The notes beneath the pieces were generated by a model, which did not search any database, had not been told where the DNA came from, and was given only the letters and a program-made list of their open reading frames with translations. Of a stretch of 64,000 bases of DNA, positions 17,870-28,361 are shown piece after piece. Position 1 is the first letter of the stretch. Each line of letters starts with the position of its first letter. This DNA is from a virus. Taxonomy: Duplodnaviria > Caudoviricetes. A program made the translations under genes and the position numbers. The DNA lies in IMG/VR virus record IMGVR_UViG_3300046615_000115, positions 24,820 through 88,819 of that record; one strand, given 5' to 3'.

Positions 17870-18541
17870 GTGACGAGAGTTGTTAGAGGCATTGCTATAA
17901 ATGATACTGAAATCTGTGGACCTGCGTGCACAACCCGCGATGAGTATGGCAGGAAACAAAATTACCCAGACTATGCCTTGTGGTACGGTATGCTTGTTCG
18001 GTGTACTTGTGAGAAAACTAAACAGAGAAACCCCACCTATAAGTGTGTAACTTGCCATCCAGAATGGTTACTTCGCTCAAACTTTAAATTGTGGTACAAC
18101 GAACAACCTTGTTATTTGTCTATGGACGGCACTCGTTTGGACTTAGATAAAGATATTCTAGTCAGAGGTAATACCGAGTATGGACCCGATAGATGTTGCC
18201 TTGTACCAAGATATCTCAATACTATATTGGGTTCTGGTCTACACTCATCCTCTGGTATGCCAATGTGGGTAACATTCCAACCAGAGGTCAACTCCTTAAA
18301 TCCTTACAGGTCATCAATGAGCGGTATCAACAGTAATTATTTACATGTTGGCTGTTTCCCCACAGCTCTGGATGCACACAAAGCTGCGCAATTGGCAAAA
18401 GCAGAAGTGATTAGTCATACTATAGAACATAAATACAAGTTGGAGCCAAGTTATCGACAAGACGTTGCACAAGCTCTTAGAGACAGAGTAGACCAACTTC
18501 TCTCGGATGCTGCAAATAATATTGAGACTAAACTCCTCTAG
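17870..18541 (+). mobile_element. free-standing HNH-like homing endonuclease (HEG2, DKDIL family), antisense insertion
   Basis: YALWYGMLVRC...LDLDKDILVRGNTEYGPDRCCLVPRYLN. Confidence 0.8.
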
Positions 18542-19303
18542 TTAGAGGAGTTGCCCATATTGGCCACCCACAGATAAATCACTTAAGTCCCCATAGCCTT
18601 TAGCATTCAGGGCACCTTGAAAACCAAAATAATCTTCGGCTATAAACTCTCCAAAATTAATCCTTACGCCAATAGGTTTTGGAATAAATCTTGAAGGGTA
18701 TCCTGAAGAATAAGATGTGTATGTAAGCAACACTTTCTCAAAACTAGATAACTCACGACCTAGCATTACAGTAACTTCTGCATTACCTTCAGCGACTACC
18801 AAACTCAAGTCAATACCGAAAATGAATTGCATAAATTGTATGAATTGGTTAGGTGTCACGTTGGTGCTATTCTTAACAATCTTAGCTTTAATGAACAAAC
18901 GGTACTGTTCATCTGTAAGTAGTGTGTTACCAGCTAATGGATTGTTAATGTCATAGTACGGACCACCAAGCGCAGAATTGTCTAAGTCACCATAAGATTG
19001 AGCATCGGGATATCCTTGAAACGCAAAGAAAACAAGAAGTGCTGTATCAATAAGTTCTCTAGGTTGACCTACAATCTCCCCTATAATATCTAGCTGAGCA
19101 CCAACAGCGGTGTCGAGGGAGCGCTCTTGCATGAGTTGGCGGAAGACTTCTTGAAGTTCAATCTTCCCACCAATGAGCAGTTGGAGGTACTTGTCGAACA
19201 CGATTGGTCCAGAACCATCAGCGTCTAACATAAATTGTTGCGTCACCCGTGAGCGGGCAACAGCAAGGTAATCCTCAACATTGAAAATGTTCAACTCCGA
19301 CAT
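18542..19303 (-). CDS. baseplate wedge protein (DUF2612-like)
   Basis: AVGAQLDIIGEIVGQPR...LTDEQYRLFIKAKIVKN. Confidence 0.85.
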   Translation of the reverse strand: MSELNIFNVEDYLAVARSRVTQQFMLDADGSGPIVFDKYLQLLIGGKIELQEVFRQLMQERSLDTAVGAQLDIIGEIVGQPRELIDTALLVFFAFQGYPDAQSYGDLDNSALGGPYYDINNPLAGNTLLTDEQYRLFIKAKIVKNSTNVTPNQFIQFMQFIFGIDLSLVVAEGNAEVTVMLGRELSSFEKVLLTYTSYSSGYPSRFIPKPIGVRINFGEFIAEDYFGFQGALNAKGYGDLSDLSVGGQYGQLL

Positions 19304-19312
19304 GAGAACTCC

Positions 19313-20752
19313 TTAAGTTATGATAATGTTTACACTGGACAGCGAAGCAATCTCGTCGAAGGCAATTACTACGTTACTTGTTCCCACAGGACTAGGTGAA
19401 GTTCCAATTGTAAGTGTGTTAACTTGATGGCCACTAATACTGTTGATTGGAGTATAGAGACGGCTGTAAATTACATCATCCCCAGTACCAAAATTAGCTT
19501 CGAAGTAAGAAAGCAGTGCTGATTTTATTGCATCATTCCCGTTAGGTGGGAAGTTAATATCGGTGGTGATATCCATACTAATATAAATAACAACAGGATC
19601 AGGACGAGAGAAACTTACGTCATGTGGGAACCCCTGTACATCATTTATAGATACTGTAGTATTTCCATAGCTCAAAATACCAATTGGCTTATTATCCCAA
19701 ATAGCATTAGCAATATCTGTAGACAGTCCGCCAGAAACAATTGGAAGGAAGCTGTGGGCAGGTACACCATTACCATCCACAACACTTGTATCATTCTCAT
19801 AGATAGTAACTTCACTAACATTATCGAGGTTGATAAGAGCTGAATAAATAGCATCTAATGTGTTAGTTGCACGATCAAACTTACCATTACGAAAGCGTAA
19901 ACGAAGTTGTTCATCTGTCTCACGTTCTTCACCTGGAGTTGCTGCAACTGGGTTGATTACACTGTCCCAGCCAAGCATCGGTGTGAGGATGGTATCAATA
20001 GTGTTTGCAGGCTGTACAATAACACCGGAATTAATCGCAACCACTTCACCAACTGTTCTGACTTTAGTGATACCAAGATTAGCTGAGGTAGTGAAGTTTA
20101 CTGTCTGGAATATATCATTGCGATTAACTACAAGATCCGTTGCAGCAACCGTTGCAGCAAGAGTTGGATGAGCACCAGCAATAACACTTTGAAGACCAGC
20201 TAAGATTTCAGCAACCGTAGCACTCGCATCAGATGTATAAGTGATGGTGTTAGTGGTCGTTGTATTGGAATAAGTGATGGTGTAAGCTGTGCTATTCTGT
20301 AGGGTAACTACGGAGACGGTGATACCACTAGCGTTGCTAGGAGACAGAGAAATAGCGCCAACTGTAGTGAATTGCTCACCAGTTGTAGAGCTACTTACAG
20401 TCTGTCCAACAGGGATCAATGTGTTTGTATCACCAGCTACAAGAATAGAGGAAGTGGTGAAGGTTTGTTCTTTACGTGTCAAGCCTGCATACGCTACAAG
20501 GTTATCTAGAGCAATCCCTGTTGCTGAGTTTGGGTCAAAGGCTGCGTACACTTCTTGGGCAGCTTCCCAAAGGTCAGCTTCAGAGGGAGCAGCTAGGGAG
20601 ATAAGGCGACCAAGTGCTGAAGAGTCGCTTGTGTCAACTTGGTCGCCGGGTTGTACTAAATCTTGAAAGAGTTGTACTGCTAAAGCTCGGTCATCGGCTA
20701 GGATGTCAGCCAATCTTTTTATTACAAACCCTTGGTCAGTAACACCTGCCAT
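19313..20752 (-). CDS. baseplate J-like wedge protein
   Basis: ATGIALDNL, GEERETDEQLRLR motifs. Confidence 0.92.
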   Translation of the reverse strand: MAGVTDQGFVIKRLADILADDRALAVQLFQDLVQPGDQVDTSDSSALGRLISLAAPSEADLWEAAQEVYAAFDPNSATGIALDNLVAYAGLTRKEQTFTTSSILVAGDTNTLIPVGQTVSSSTTGEQFTTVGAISLSPSNASGITVSVVTLQNSTAYTITYSNTTTTNTITYTSDASATVAEILAGLQSVIAGAHPTLAATVAATDLVVNRNDIFQTVNFTTSANLGITKVRTVGEVVAINSGVIVQPANTIDTILTPMLGWDSVINPVAATPGEERETDEQLRLRFRNGKFDRATNTLDAIYSALINLDNVSEVTIYENDTSVVDGNGVPAHSFLPIVSGGLSTDIANAIWDNKPIGILSYGNTTVSINDVQGFPHDVSFSRPDPVVIYISMDITTDINFPPNGNDAIKSALLSYFEANFGTGDDVIYSRLYTPINSISGHQVNTLTIGTSPSPVGTSNVVIAFDEIASLSSVNIIIT

Positions 20753-20765
20753 ATGTTAGAATCCT

Positions 20766-21149
20766 TTAATTCAGGGGGTTAATTACGATTGGGGCTGTAA
20801 CTTCCCCTGTGACTACTCTAACCTTAAATGTAAGGGAGTATTGACGGTTTATAAAAGTAGAGTCAAAAGATACAATTTCTTTAACACCTTCTTCAGCTAG
20901 AATTTGCTGTTGGAATATAAGATCCGCCGCTGCTTTAGATGTTTGCTTGATCCCGAGGAGTCTTTGAAAATAGGGGACACCATAGGTAGTGTCCATAAAC
21001 CAATCACCATAAAAGCTGAGCAGTCTGATTTTCAACCTCTGACTAACAGTTTGAATCAGAGGTTGAGTTGTAAACTCTTTTGTCAGAGGTCCGTTATTCC
21101 ACACCACATCCCAAGCCGTCGGGTCCAAAAGTAGATCCAAAATTTTCAC
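20766..21149 (-). CDS. baseplate wedge/sheath initiator (gp25/DUF2634-like)
   Basis: QRLKIRL...GDWFMDTTYGVPY. Confidence 0.85.
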   Translation of the reverse strand: MKILDLLLDPTAWDVVWNNGPLTKEFTTQPLIQTVSQRLKIRLLSFYGDWFMDTTYGVPYFQRLLGIKQTSKAAADLIFQQQILAEEGVKEIVSFDSTFINRQYSLTFKVRVVTGEVTAPIVINPLN

Positions 21150-21864
21150 CTTCTTGCTCTTTTAACCAATCCAAGACTAGTTGATAAGCATCTTCTTCTG
21201 TGCGTCTAATACCTAAGTATTTTGTCGTATGTGCAACCCATTTACCTGTTTTGGTAACTTGTGAGACACCATAATACTTAGAAGTTTTATTTCGGTTTAG
21301 AAACCCTTTGCTTCCTGCAGGCCTTTTATCTAATACAAATTCTTTGTAAATCTCATCGTCTGTATACCCAGACAACTTTTTACTTTTAGCATCCGCATAA
21401 ACTTGTTCAGCTTCGGCTAATTTGTCTTCATCAAATCGACCAATACAAGTACGAGTACCATTTAAGGAAATTTGCACTAAATAAATTAGCTCACGATTAC
21501 ACCAATGGACCCCTGCAACACCTGTCGTGTTATTTGAGTTTTCTTGGCGTGTATTATTCGCCTGCGTAGGTTTATCAGCCCAACGACAGTTCTCTTTTGT
21601 ATAATTACCGTAAGGGTCAATACGGTCCAAGGTCAGACCATCGGGTCGGCTTCCCATATCCTCAACAAACACCCAGAAGCCATTCGGACCAATCCAACTA
21701 TCACAAACAGTAATACCCTTACCACCATAGTTTTTGTAGCCTGAGCACTTCTCGTTGTAACACCTACGAAGCATCATATGATGTGTGGTATAAAGTTCGT
21801 GAGAAGTCCTACCATCCTTAATACCCTGAAATGTAAAAGATAATACGTCCATACCTGCCTCCAA
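21094..21864 (-). mobile_element. free-standing HNH-AP2 homing endonuclease (HEG3)
   Basis: MLRRCY...YGGKGITVC..W...LDRIDPYGNYTKENCRWA; AP2-like GVAGVHW. Confidence 0.88.
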
Positions 21865-21911
21865 TTAAATTTGAAGGGATAGGATATCACGGATACATAG
21901 AAAACACAAGA

Positions 21912-22679
21912 TTAGTTTGTGCTTGGACCGGAAGTGCCTGCACCTGTGGTTACACCGGTATGTTTGTGGAGATTAATATTAATAGTGTTCAACACATAAG
22001 TTCCCGTTTGGGTCCAGTTTCCTTGTTGAACTACATCCCCAAGCCAGAGTGTGCTAGGACAATCAATAGTCATAGTCTGAGCATTCAGATTGATTGCACC
22101 ACTAGCATTCACAGTAGCATCGGAACAATTAATCACAACAGGCTGATTAGACGTATTAATTTCAACACTACCATCAGCTTTAATTCTTACTTCGGCCTCA
22201 ATGCCACCTAAGTTGCCAAAAATAACTGTGTCTTTGGTGTTATGTGTGAGGACATGTTTTGTTGGATTGTTTACAGCAACGCCGGGAGGTTGGATACCCG
22301 GAAGAAAAATGGCGTCACTTTTATCCATCTTGGCAAAATTCATAGGGCTTGCTGGACGACCATTACCAGCTTTCCAGCCGTCCATATTTCTCATGGAGAA
22401 CATAGCAGTGCCGGTATCCCCAACTTCAATAGGAAAAGTGAAGCCAGCTTTCTTAGACACTTGGAAGGAAACAGGTACACCTGCAATAGTGGAACGTTCT
22501 GCAACAGTTCCATCTTGCTGTTTCTGGTTGATCGTAGGTTGTATATCAACCATCTGTCCGTTAAGGCCATCCCTTACAGCAACTACAATACATGGCAAGA
22601 TAGTGTAGATGTTATTCATCTGACTATCAAAAGCACTCATCATTGTAGATTGAATTGCTGCTACAGCTTCTGCGCTCAT
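21912..22679 (-). CDS. baseplate spike (gp138/gpV-like)
   Basis: OB-fold N-terminus, beta-helix, C-terminal HKH iron-binding tip. Confidence 0.88.
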   Translation of the reverse strand: MSAEAVAAIQSTMMSAFDSQMNNIYTILPCIVVAVRDGLNGQMVDIQPTINQKQQDGTVAERSTIAGVPVSFQVSKKAGFTFPIEVGDTGTAMFSMRNMDGWKAGNGRPASPMNFAKMDKSDAIFLPGIQPPGVAVNNPTKHVLTHNTKDTVIFGNLGGIEAEVRIKADGSVEINTSNQPVVINCSDATVNASGAINLNAQTMTIDCPSTLWLGDVVQQGNWTQTGTYVLNTININLHKHTGVTTGAGTSGPSTN

Positions 22680-23575
22680 TAACTAGCTCCTTGCTGAACA
22701 ACTTTCTCTAGACTAGTTGCACGTATCTCGGTATACCAACCAGAACTTCTCCAACCACCAGAGTGACGAAGGGATTCAACTTTAAGCCAGCCTGTGATTA
22801 ATGTATCCTCTAACCTAATGATATCACCGGCACGGATGTCTGGATTAAGAAGAATCTTCATTTGAATACCCGGCTTCTTAGCTTTATCTTTCTTAGAGCG
22901 TTGTCTATCACCAGACACACGATATGGAGTTTCAATCAAACCTGTATACTTAGAAATGACGTAAGCTTGTTGGAAGTTCTCAGTATTGGCTCTATCGTTG
23001 TCATGAATATAAACCACACCATCATCAAGTTGCCAATTACAGGCATACTTCTCACACAGCTCATTCAACATCTCTTTTGGTGTACCACTGAGTGGGTAGC
23101 CATAAATAAGAGGATTGTTTAGGTTGGTTCCATTGAACACACCACGATCAGCACCAATAGCTTTGATAAGTCTATTGGCTGCATCTTTAGGGCTTTGGCC
23201 TTCTGGGACAAACTCGGAAAGTACCTGTTGATTCAATTCAACGTAACCAGTTCCCAGTTGAATCTGTGTAACGGTATCCGTACCAGACTTACGTGTTGAT
23301 ACGTGGGTAACTTGTCCTGAGAACAGCCGCTTAGGTCCACCGGTGTCTAGATATCCAGCCTCAAAGACCGCTGCCGGATAATCTGTATCTAACAGTTTTA
23401 TATGTTCAGTAGATAAATTATAGACTTCAATCGAAGCACTATTGGTCTTTTTCTTATTATCAGAAGATTTGGAGATATCAAACGTAACTTGTAACTCAGT
23501 TATTTCTAACCCAGCTCCCGTTTGATAGTCTCCAATAATCAACCTATAAACTCTGTTTCTTTGTATTAAGTCCAT
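22679..23575 (-). CDS. baseplate hub protein
   Basis: IEVYNLS, LFSGQV, LLNPDIRAGDIIRL; position in the module. Confidence 0.85.
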   Translation of the reverse strand: MDLIQRNRVYRLIIGDYQTGAGLEITELQVTFDISKSSDNKKKTNSASIEVYNLSTEHIKLLDTDYPAAVFEAGYLDTGGPKRLFSGQVTHVSTRKSGTDTVTQIQLGTGYVELNQQVLSEFVPEGQSPKDAANRLIKAIGADRGVFNGTNLNNPLIYGYPLSGTPKEMLNELCEKYACNWQLDDGVVYIHDNDRANTENFQQAYVISKYTGLIETPYRVSGDRQRSKKDKAKKPGIQMKILLNPDIRAGDIIRLEDTLITGWLKVESLRHSGGWRSSGWYTEIRATSLEKVVQQGAS

Positions 23576-23584
23576 CTACACCGC

Positions 23585-24190
23585 CTAATCAGTTATTCTA
23601 ATCTCCCAATTGATTAAAGCTTCATAGACAAAAGGGCTTATTTGGGATTTCCATTTTTCAGCACGATCTTTAATTACAGACTCTTTAAAAGATTTGTAGA
23701 CCAAGAACCCTTCTTCTGCTGTTTTATATTGTCCTAAGTAGACCTGTGCCCCACTCCCGTCTTGACATTGAGCATGGAACATTTTATTATCTGATCGTTG
23801 AAACACACCAATCAAATCTTTACCACGAGCAAGCTTTCTCGATGTAAGCAGACAATTCAAGTCGTAAGGAACAAAGACACAAGTACTAGGACCGTATTCT
23901 TTATTATCCCTTACAAGAATATCTTTATCTAAATGCCAACCTTTTTGACGGAACTCATCTTTGTGCCAGAAGTCAGCAAACTCTTGATAATCCATCCAAA
24001 CGTCATTTACAAAACACCCAGCATAATTGGGCCTTTTAATCAACTCTTTTGGGTTGAAGCAACGACTAAACATGTGATTCCAGTTCTTATATTCCGGCAA
24101 GACACGAAAACCTTTACCTTCAACAAAAGCACTACAAGGATAGTTAAACTTCTTAGAATTAAAACCTCGACCAAATGGCATACAACCCAC
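23585..24190 (-). mobile_element. free-standing HNH-like homing endonuclease (HEG4, DKDIL family)
   Basis: WNHMFSRC...GWHLDKDILVRDNKEYGPSTCVFVPYDLN. Confidence 0.82.
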
Positions 24191-24211
24191 CTATAAAATA
24201 AATGAGGTAAG

Positions 24212-24240
24212 ATGATAACACTAAAATGATCTACAGTCAA
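24212..24240 (-). promoter_or_regulatory. sigma70-like promoter for HEG4
   Basis: TTGACT-17 nt-TATCAT; the -35 overlaps the upstream TGA. Confidence 0.75.
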
Positions 24241-24575
24241 CCTTCCTCGGGTGTATAAATATAAAAGAGATTATAATATTGGTCAATTGAATCAGGATAA
24301 ACTTTGTAAGGTTCACTAATGATATCTGCTTTCTCTTCCATCCAGATAAACCCTGTCAATGGAAAGATTGCATAGTCAAGAAACAATGGATAATTAGGAA
24401 CTAAAGCTTCACCTAAAACAATTGGAACGTTATCCGCATCATACAGATTGATGAAGTATAACTTAGCCCTTTCATTGTAGATAAACTCAAAGATGTATGA
24501 GTTACCTTGAAAGGCAATTGTGTAAGTGTAATACGCATCACTAAACAACGGCATTGAGATGTATTTATCAGCCAT
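24237..24575 (-). CDS. baseplate protein (plug-like)
   Basis: 112 aa, YTYTIAFQGNSYIFEFIYNER pattern; position. Confidence 0.75.
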   Translation of the reverse strand: MADKYISMPLFSDAYYTYTIAFQGNSYIFEFIYNERAKLYFINLYDADNVPIVLGEALVPNYPLFLDYAIFPLTGFIWMEEKADIISEPYKVYPDSIDQYYNLFYIYTPEEG

Positions 24576-25353
24576 TTGCTCTCGCCTGCCTTAGTGGATC
24601 AGTATCTTTAGGGGAGTCACCAGTACCTAAGTCTTGTGGTGTACTATCTTGTTTCCCTTTTGAGTTTTTACTTGAAGCTTTCTTCTTCAGAGCATCCTGT
24701 ACATCTTTTGGGATAATGGTTTTCTTCAGGAAAGCAAAAGTCACTTGTTCAAAAGTAATGTCACAATAAAGACCATACCCTGTGTTTGGATCTTCTTTGA
24801 ATGTGATCTTGGTCATTACAAGATTATTGATTACTTTACGCAGAAGTGTGTTGTCATACTCAAACAAACGAACCAATTGAATACTCGGATCAAACTGACC
24901 AGTCTTGTCGTTAAAGATAACACCAGCGGTAAGGTCAATAAGTGCTTGTCTGATTTGTTCAAGAAGGTCAGCACGTCTACTATCAACAACTACTTCAGGT
25001 TGACTGTCTGATAAGAACTGCCCAATGCTGTCAGGAATAAACTTCTTCAAAACACTTTGATCTGTAGAGTTTACACTGACAGCACTAGGGGCCTGATTAC
25101 TGTTATACGGACTGTTGCCATCCAGATCTTGAATCAGGTAATTACCAGTGGAAATATCTACACCAGTAATTACTGCACCAATTGTGAATATTGGGTTACT
25201 TTTAATGTAGTGGTCAGTTACATTGCCGCCCGCATCGATGGGATGTTTTGTAATCTGACCACTATAATTTTGTGTATAACTTGTAACAGCGTCACAGTAG
25301 ATAAATCCACCATCTTGAACAGAGGAGTCGCCCCATTCGATTGCTAGCGACAT
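24568..25353 (-). CDS. Dit-like baseplate/tail protein
   Basis: ITKHPIDAGGNVTDH motif; follows the TMP. Confidence 0.8.
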   Translation of the reverse strand: MSLAIEWGDSSVQDGGFIYCDAVTSYTQNYSGQITKHPIDAGGNVTDHYIKSNPIFTIGAVITGVDISTGNYLIQDLDGNSPYNSNQAPSAVSVNSTDQSVLKKFIPDSIGQFLSDSQPEVVVDSRRADLLEQIRQALIDLTAGVIFNDKTGQFDPSIQLVRLFEYDNTLLRKVINNLVMTKITFKEDPNTGYGLYCDITFEQVTFAFLKKTIIPKDVQDALKKKASSKNSKGKQDSTPQDLGTGDSPKDTDPLRQARANG

Positions 25354-25362
25354 AAGCGCTCC

Positions 25363-27243
25363 TTATTGTTTTACAGGGAATTGTACATTTACCTGATCAA
25401 ACGACTGAACAAACATATTAGCCACAGCCTCACCAATAGCTTGGGCTTGAGCATTAGCATCCATACCGGCAAGGGTGGAGCCATCAACGTTCACAACAAT
25501 ATCAATTTGGTTGCTGTTGTTATTCACAATACCCATAGCTTTATCTTCAGCAGCAGCCTTAGCCATGTCAGCTTGTTGTGAATCGTATCCAGCAGCGTCA
25601 TGGTAATAGATCGATGTAGGATCATCATAAACAGCTCTACCGCGCTCACGGGCTTTATTCATGTTAAAGCCAGTGTTGTTTATAATGTCGCCAACGATAG
25701 CGGCTGGAGATGCGTATTCCAAACCAAACAGATTAGCTTTTTCAGTGGAACTGGCGCTAGTCTCCGATGTGGGTAGTGATCCACTTTTCCACTTTTGAAA
25801 CTCAGCAATTGCATTCATGATAGAGGCAATTTCTCTTGCTGTTGCTTCAAGAGTTGGAAGGAAATCGAACTTAATACTAGAGATATCTGTGAAGATTTGC
25901 TTAATATCAGTCCAATCTTTTCTAAGCTGTGCTGTCTTATCAACACCAAGCCAATCAGCCACTAAGCTATCTTTCCCTTCGAGTGCTCTGATAAAAGATT
26001 GAGGGAATAAAGCAAGGTCATCAGCCCATTTAGTAGCTTCATTAAAGCCCTCAGCCAACTTCTTAACCAAGTCTCCGCTTTCATTCAAACCAGCAGAAAG
26101 AGTACGGAAGATACGCGCAAACCCTTCTTCTACGCCTGCGTTTGAAGCGACAATAGCCATATCACTTACAGCATTCTGATACCTAGCTTGTTCTGCTTGA
26201 GAAGCTTGGGAGGCTTTAACCAACCCCGGCTGAGCTTTCTGACTGGCAATGTTGGCTGCGTAGTTCAGAATATCACCACGTACTTGCCCTTTCTTCATTG
26301 CAGCTTCAAGGGCAATGATTGCCTCACTTCCTGTGAGATTACCGCCAATCTTTTGTTGCCAAGCTTGAGCAAAGATATTCTTAGCGCCGGGCAAACTGTT
26401 ACCCAATTGTTTGGTAAGCTCCTCAGCTTGAAGCTTATCCTTACCAGCAATTTGAGATAATGCGTTGAATACTAATTTCTGTCTTGCTGGGGAAAGTTTG
26501 TTAACTCGTCCGTATTCAGCAAAACCTTTAAAAATATTCTGAGACTGTGCAACTGTACCGCCAGAACCAAGAAGGTTAGATGTCAGTACGTTGAAGTCAC
26601 TAGAGGCATCCAAGTAATTGAAGCCTACACGGTTTGCAGTCTTACGCAACCAATCAAAGGACTTCTCACCTTGCTCAGCAGTACCACCATTGCCTGTAAT
26701 AACTGCTTGTGTTTGGAGCTGGGCAGAGACAACTTCTTGATTACGCTTGTTTAACGCATTAAGACCATAGCCGCCAAGCCCTAATGCAATTGCAGGGCCG
26801 AGTAAGCTAGGCATTCCACGAGTACGGCTTACGCTACCAGCGACTGCGCCTGTAACAGCGGCTTGTCTTGTTCTACCGCCTTGAGGATTGACAGGTGGTA
26901 AGTTCGGATTGTGTGGTGGGCGTATTGTAGGACGGAGGGGATTTACAGCCCCGGCCCTCGCCATTGCAAGACCAACTGTCTGGTTAAGAGCAGCTTGATT
27001 GACAACAAACCTGTGGATATCTAGAACAACTCTGTTACTTGCCATATCCAAAGCATTACCAAGAACACGTTCAAGTTTACGTTGATCTATGGTAAAGTTA
27101 CCGATACCGAAATTAAGGTTATTACCAAACCCATTAAATTTCTTTAACTTCTTCTCTAAGGTGGCTAAGGCTTTGTCAACCTTTTTGACACCCCGCATAT
27201 CTACATCAAAACCGAGACTGGCGAAATACTTAGCGATCTGCAA
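25363..27243 (-). CDS. tape measure protein
   Basis: 626 aa Ala/Gly-rich helical protein with GKDKLQAEEL..QL tape-measure motif; TTG start. Confidence 0.92.
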   Translation of the reverse strand: MQIAKYFASLGFDVDMRGVKKVDKALATLEKKLKKFNGFGNNLNFGIGNFTIDQRKLERVLGNALDMASNRVVLDIHRFVVNQAALNQTVGLAMARAGAVNPLRPTIRPPHNPNLPPVNPQGGRTRQAAVTGAVAGSVSRTRGMPSLLGPAIALGLGGYGLNALNKRNQEVVSAQLQTQAVITGNGGTAEQGEKSFDWLRKTANRVGFNYLDASSDFNVLTSNLLGSGGTVAQSQNIFKGFAEYGRVNKLSPARQKLVFNALSQIAGKDKLQAEELTKQLGNSLPGAKNIFAQAWQQKIGGNLTGSEAIIALEAAMKKGQVRGDILNYAANIASQKAQPGLVKASQASQAEQARYQNAVSDMAIVASNAGVEEGFARIFRTLSAGLNESGDLVKKLAEGFNEATKWADDLALFPQSFIRALEGKDSLVADWLGVDKTAQLRKDWTDIKQIFTDISSIKFDFLPTLEATAREIASIMNAIAEFQKWKSGSLPTSETSASSTEKANLFGLEYASPAAIVGDIINNTGFNMNKARERGRAVYDDPTSIYYHDAAGYDSQQADMAKAAAEDKAMGIVNNNSNQIDIVVNVDGSTLAGMDANAQAQAIGEAVANMFVQSFDQVNVQFPVKQ

Positions 27244-27257
27244 TGTTTGTTACTCCG

Positions 27258-27542
27258 TCATTTCGGTTTATTTTTATTAGCTTCAGCTTTATTCTTAGCT
27301 TGTTGCAACAAAGCATCATGGACATCAAGCAGTTCAATCAGCTTCAAAAGCTGTCTTGTAGAGTATTTCCACTCCATTTCAGCAGCTAACTCAAGACCCC
27401 CCTTCTCATGCATGGCGATCCTGTAGATACTCCAGTGCTGAGAGAATGTTCTATCAATTTCTTTTTCTAAAGGTGTTGGAGGTGTGCCAGCACTACTTCC
27501 CGATACAGACTTATCAATTATTCTTCTGTATCGGGTGCCTGA
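27258..27542 (-). CDS. -1 frame extension of the tail assembly chaperone (GT-like)
   Basis: Open -1 frame of 94 codons starting at the CTTTTTC slip site; no own start or RBS. Confidence 0.75.
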   Translation of the reverse strand, partial: SGTRYRRIIDKSVSGSSAGTPPTPLEKEIDRTFSQHWSIYRIAMHEKGGLELAAEMEWKYSTRQLLKLIELLDVHDALLQQAKNKAEANKNKPK

Positions 27543-27838
27543 AAAAGTTCTTCGAAGTTAAAGTTCAACACTTCCTTGTAGAGCTTGTTTAGATGAGCAT
27601 ACTTGCGAGAGAAGAATACATCAAAAGTCTTTTCAGTGATTTGCATGTTGTCTTTAGAAACATAGTTACAGATGATTTGTTTCATCTGGCTAAGATCAGC
27701 CTTACCTTCATCAATAGCTGCCTGATGCTTTTCAATAAACATCAAACCTTTTGTTGCAGGCATTGCACTTACGAGATAATCAATATCATCAATCGTAATA
27801 GTTGTTTGTTCTAGTACTTCAAATTTTGGAGCTGCCAT
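27518..27838 (-). CDS. tail assembly chaperone (G-like)
   Basis: 106 aa, between the tube-like genes and the TMP. Confidence 0.85.
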   Translation of the reverse strand: MAAPKFEVLEQTTITIDDIDYLVSAMPATKGLMFIEKHQAAIDEGKADLSQMKQIICNYVSKDNMQITEKTFDVFFSRKYAHLNKLYKEVLNFNFEELFQAPDTEE

Positions 27839-27863
27839 TTATTTTATCTCAGAATTAAAACTG

Positions 27864-28361
27864 TTAGAAAACGTTACCTATGAAGTTGCCAACCTCACTA
27901 AGCGCCCTGTCAAATAGATCAGTTGCAGGCTTAGCATTCCCGGCTACAACATAGGTGTTTGTGGACTGTGCGAACAGTTCCCAGCTACGATACTCAAACT
28001 GACCGGAGAAAGTAGCTACAGGATAGCCCGTGATATATGCTTCATTAGATGAAAACACACTCCGTCCTGAGTTATCTTTCAACATCAAAGCAATCCTTGC
28101 TGTACCTTCTTCCAAATCAAGCTCATGAATATAGGAAAGTACATCATTACCTTGAGAAGTTTGCAGCAATGAAATAGTAATTGTTGCTGATGTATCTACG
28201 TTAGGAACTCTTGTATTCTTACCCCTGATACCTCGGATAACAGTGAATCCTTTCACTGTTCGGCTGATGGTAATACTTTGCCAACCGGTAAGTTGATAAC
28301 CACCAACTGTTAAAATAACGTCCTTTGGACTATAGCAATTCACAGTAAAACTATTAGTCAC
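27864..28361 (-). CDS. tail tube-like structural protein
   Basis: YSPKDVILTVGG...ITISLLQTS.GNDVL; similar to the two upstream genes. Confidence 0.75.
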   Translation of the reverse strand: MTNSFTVNCYSPKDVILTVGGYQLTGWQSITISRTVKGFTVIRGIRGKNTRVPNVDTSATITISLLQTSQGNDVLSYIHELDLEEGTARIALMLKDNSGRSVFSSNEAYITGYPVATFSGQFEYRSWELFAQSTNTYVVAGNAKPATDLFDRALSEVGNFIGNVF

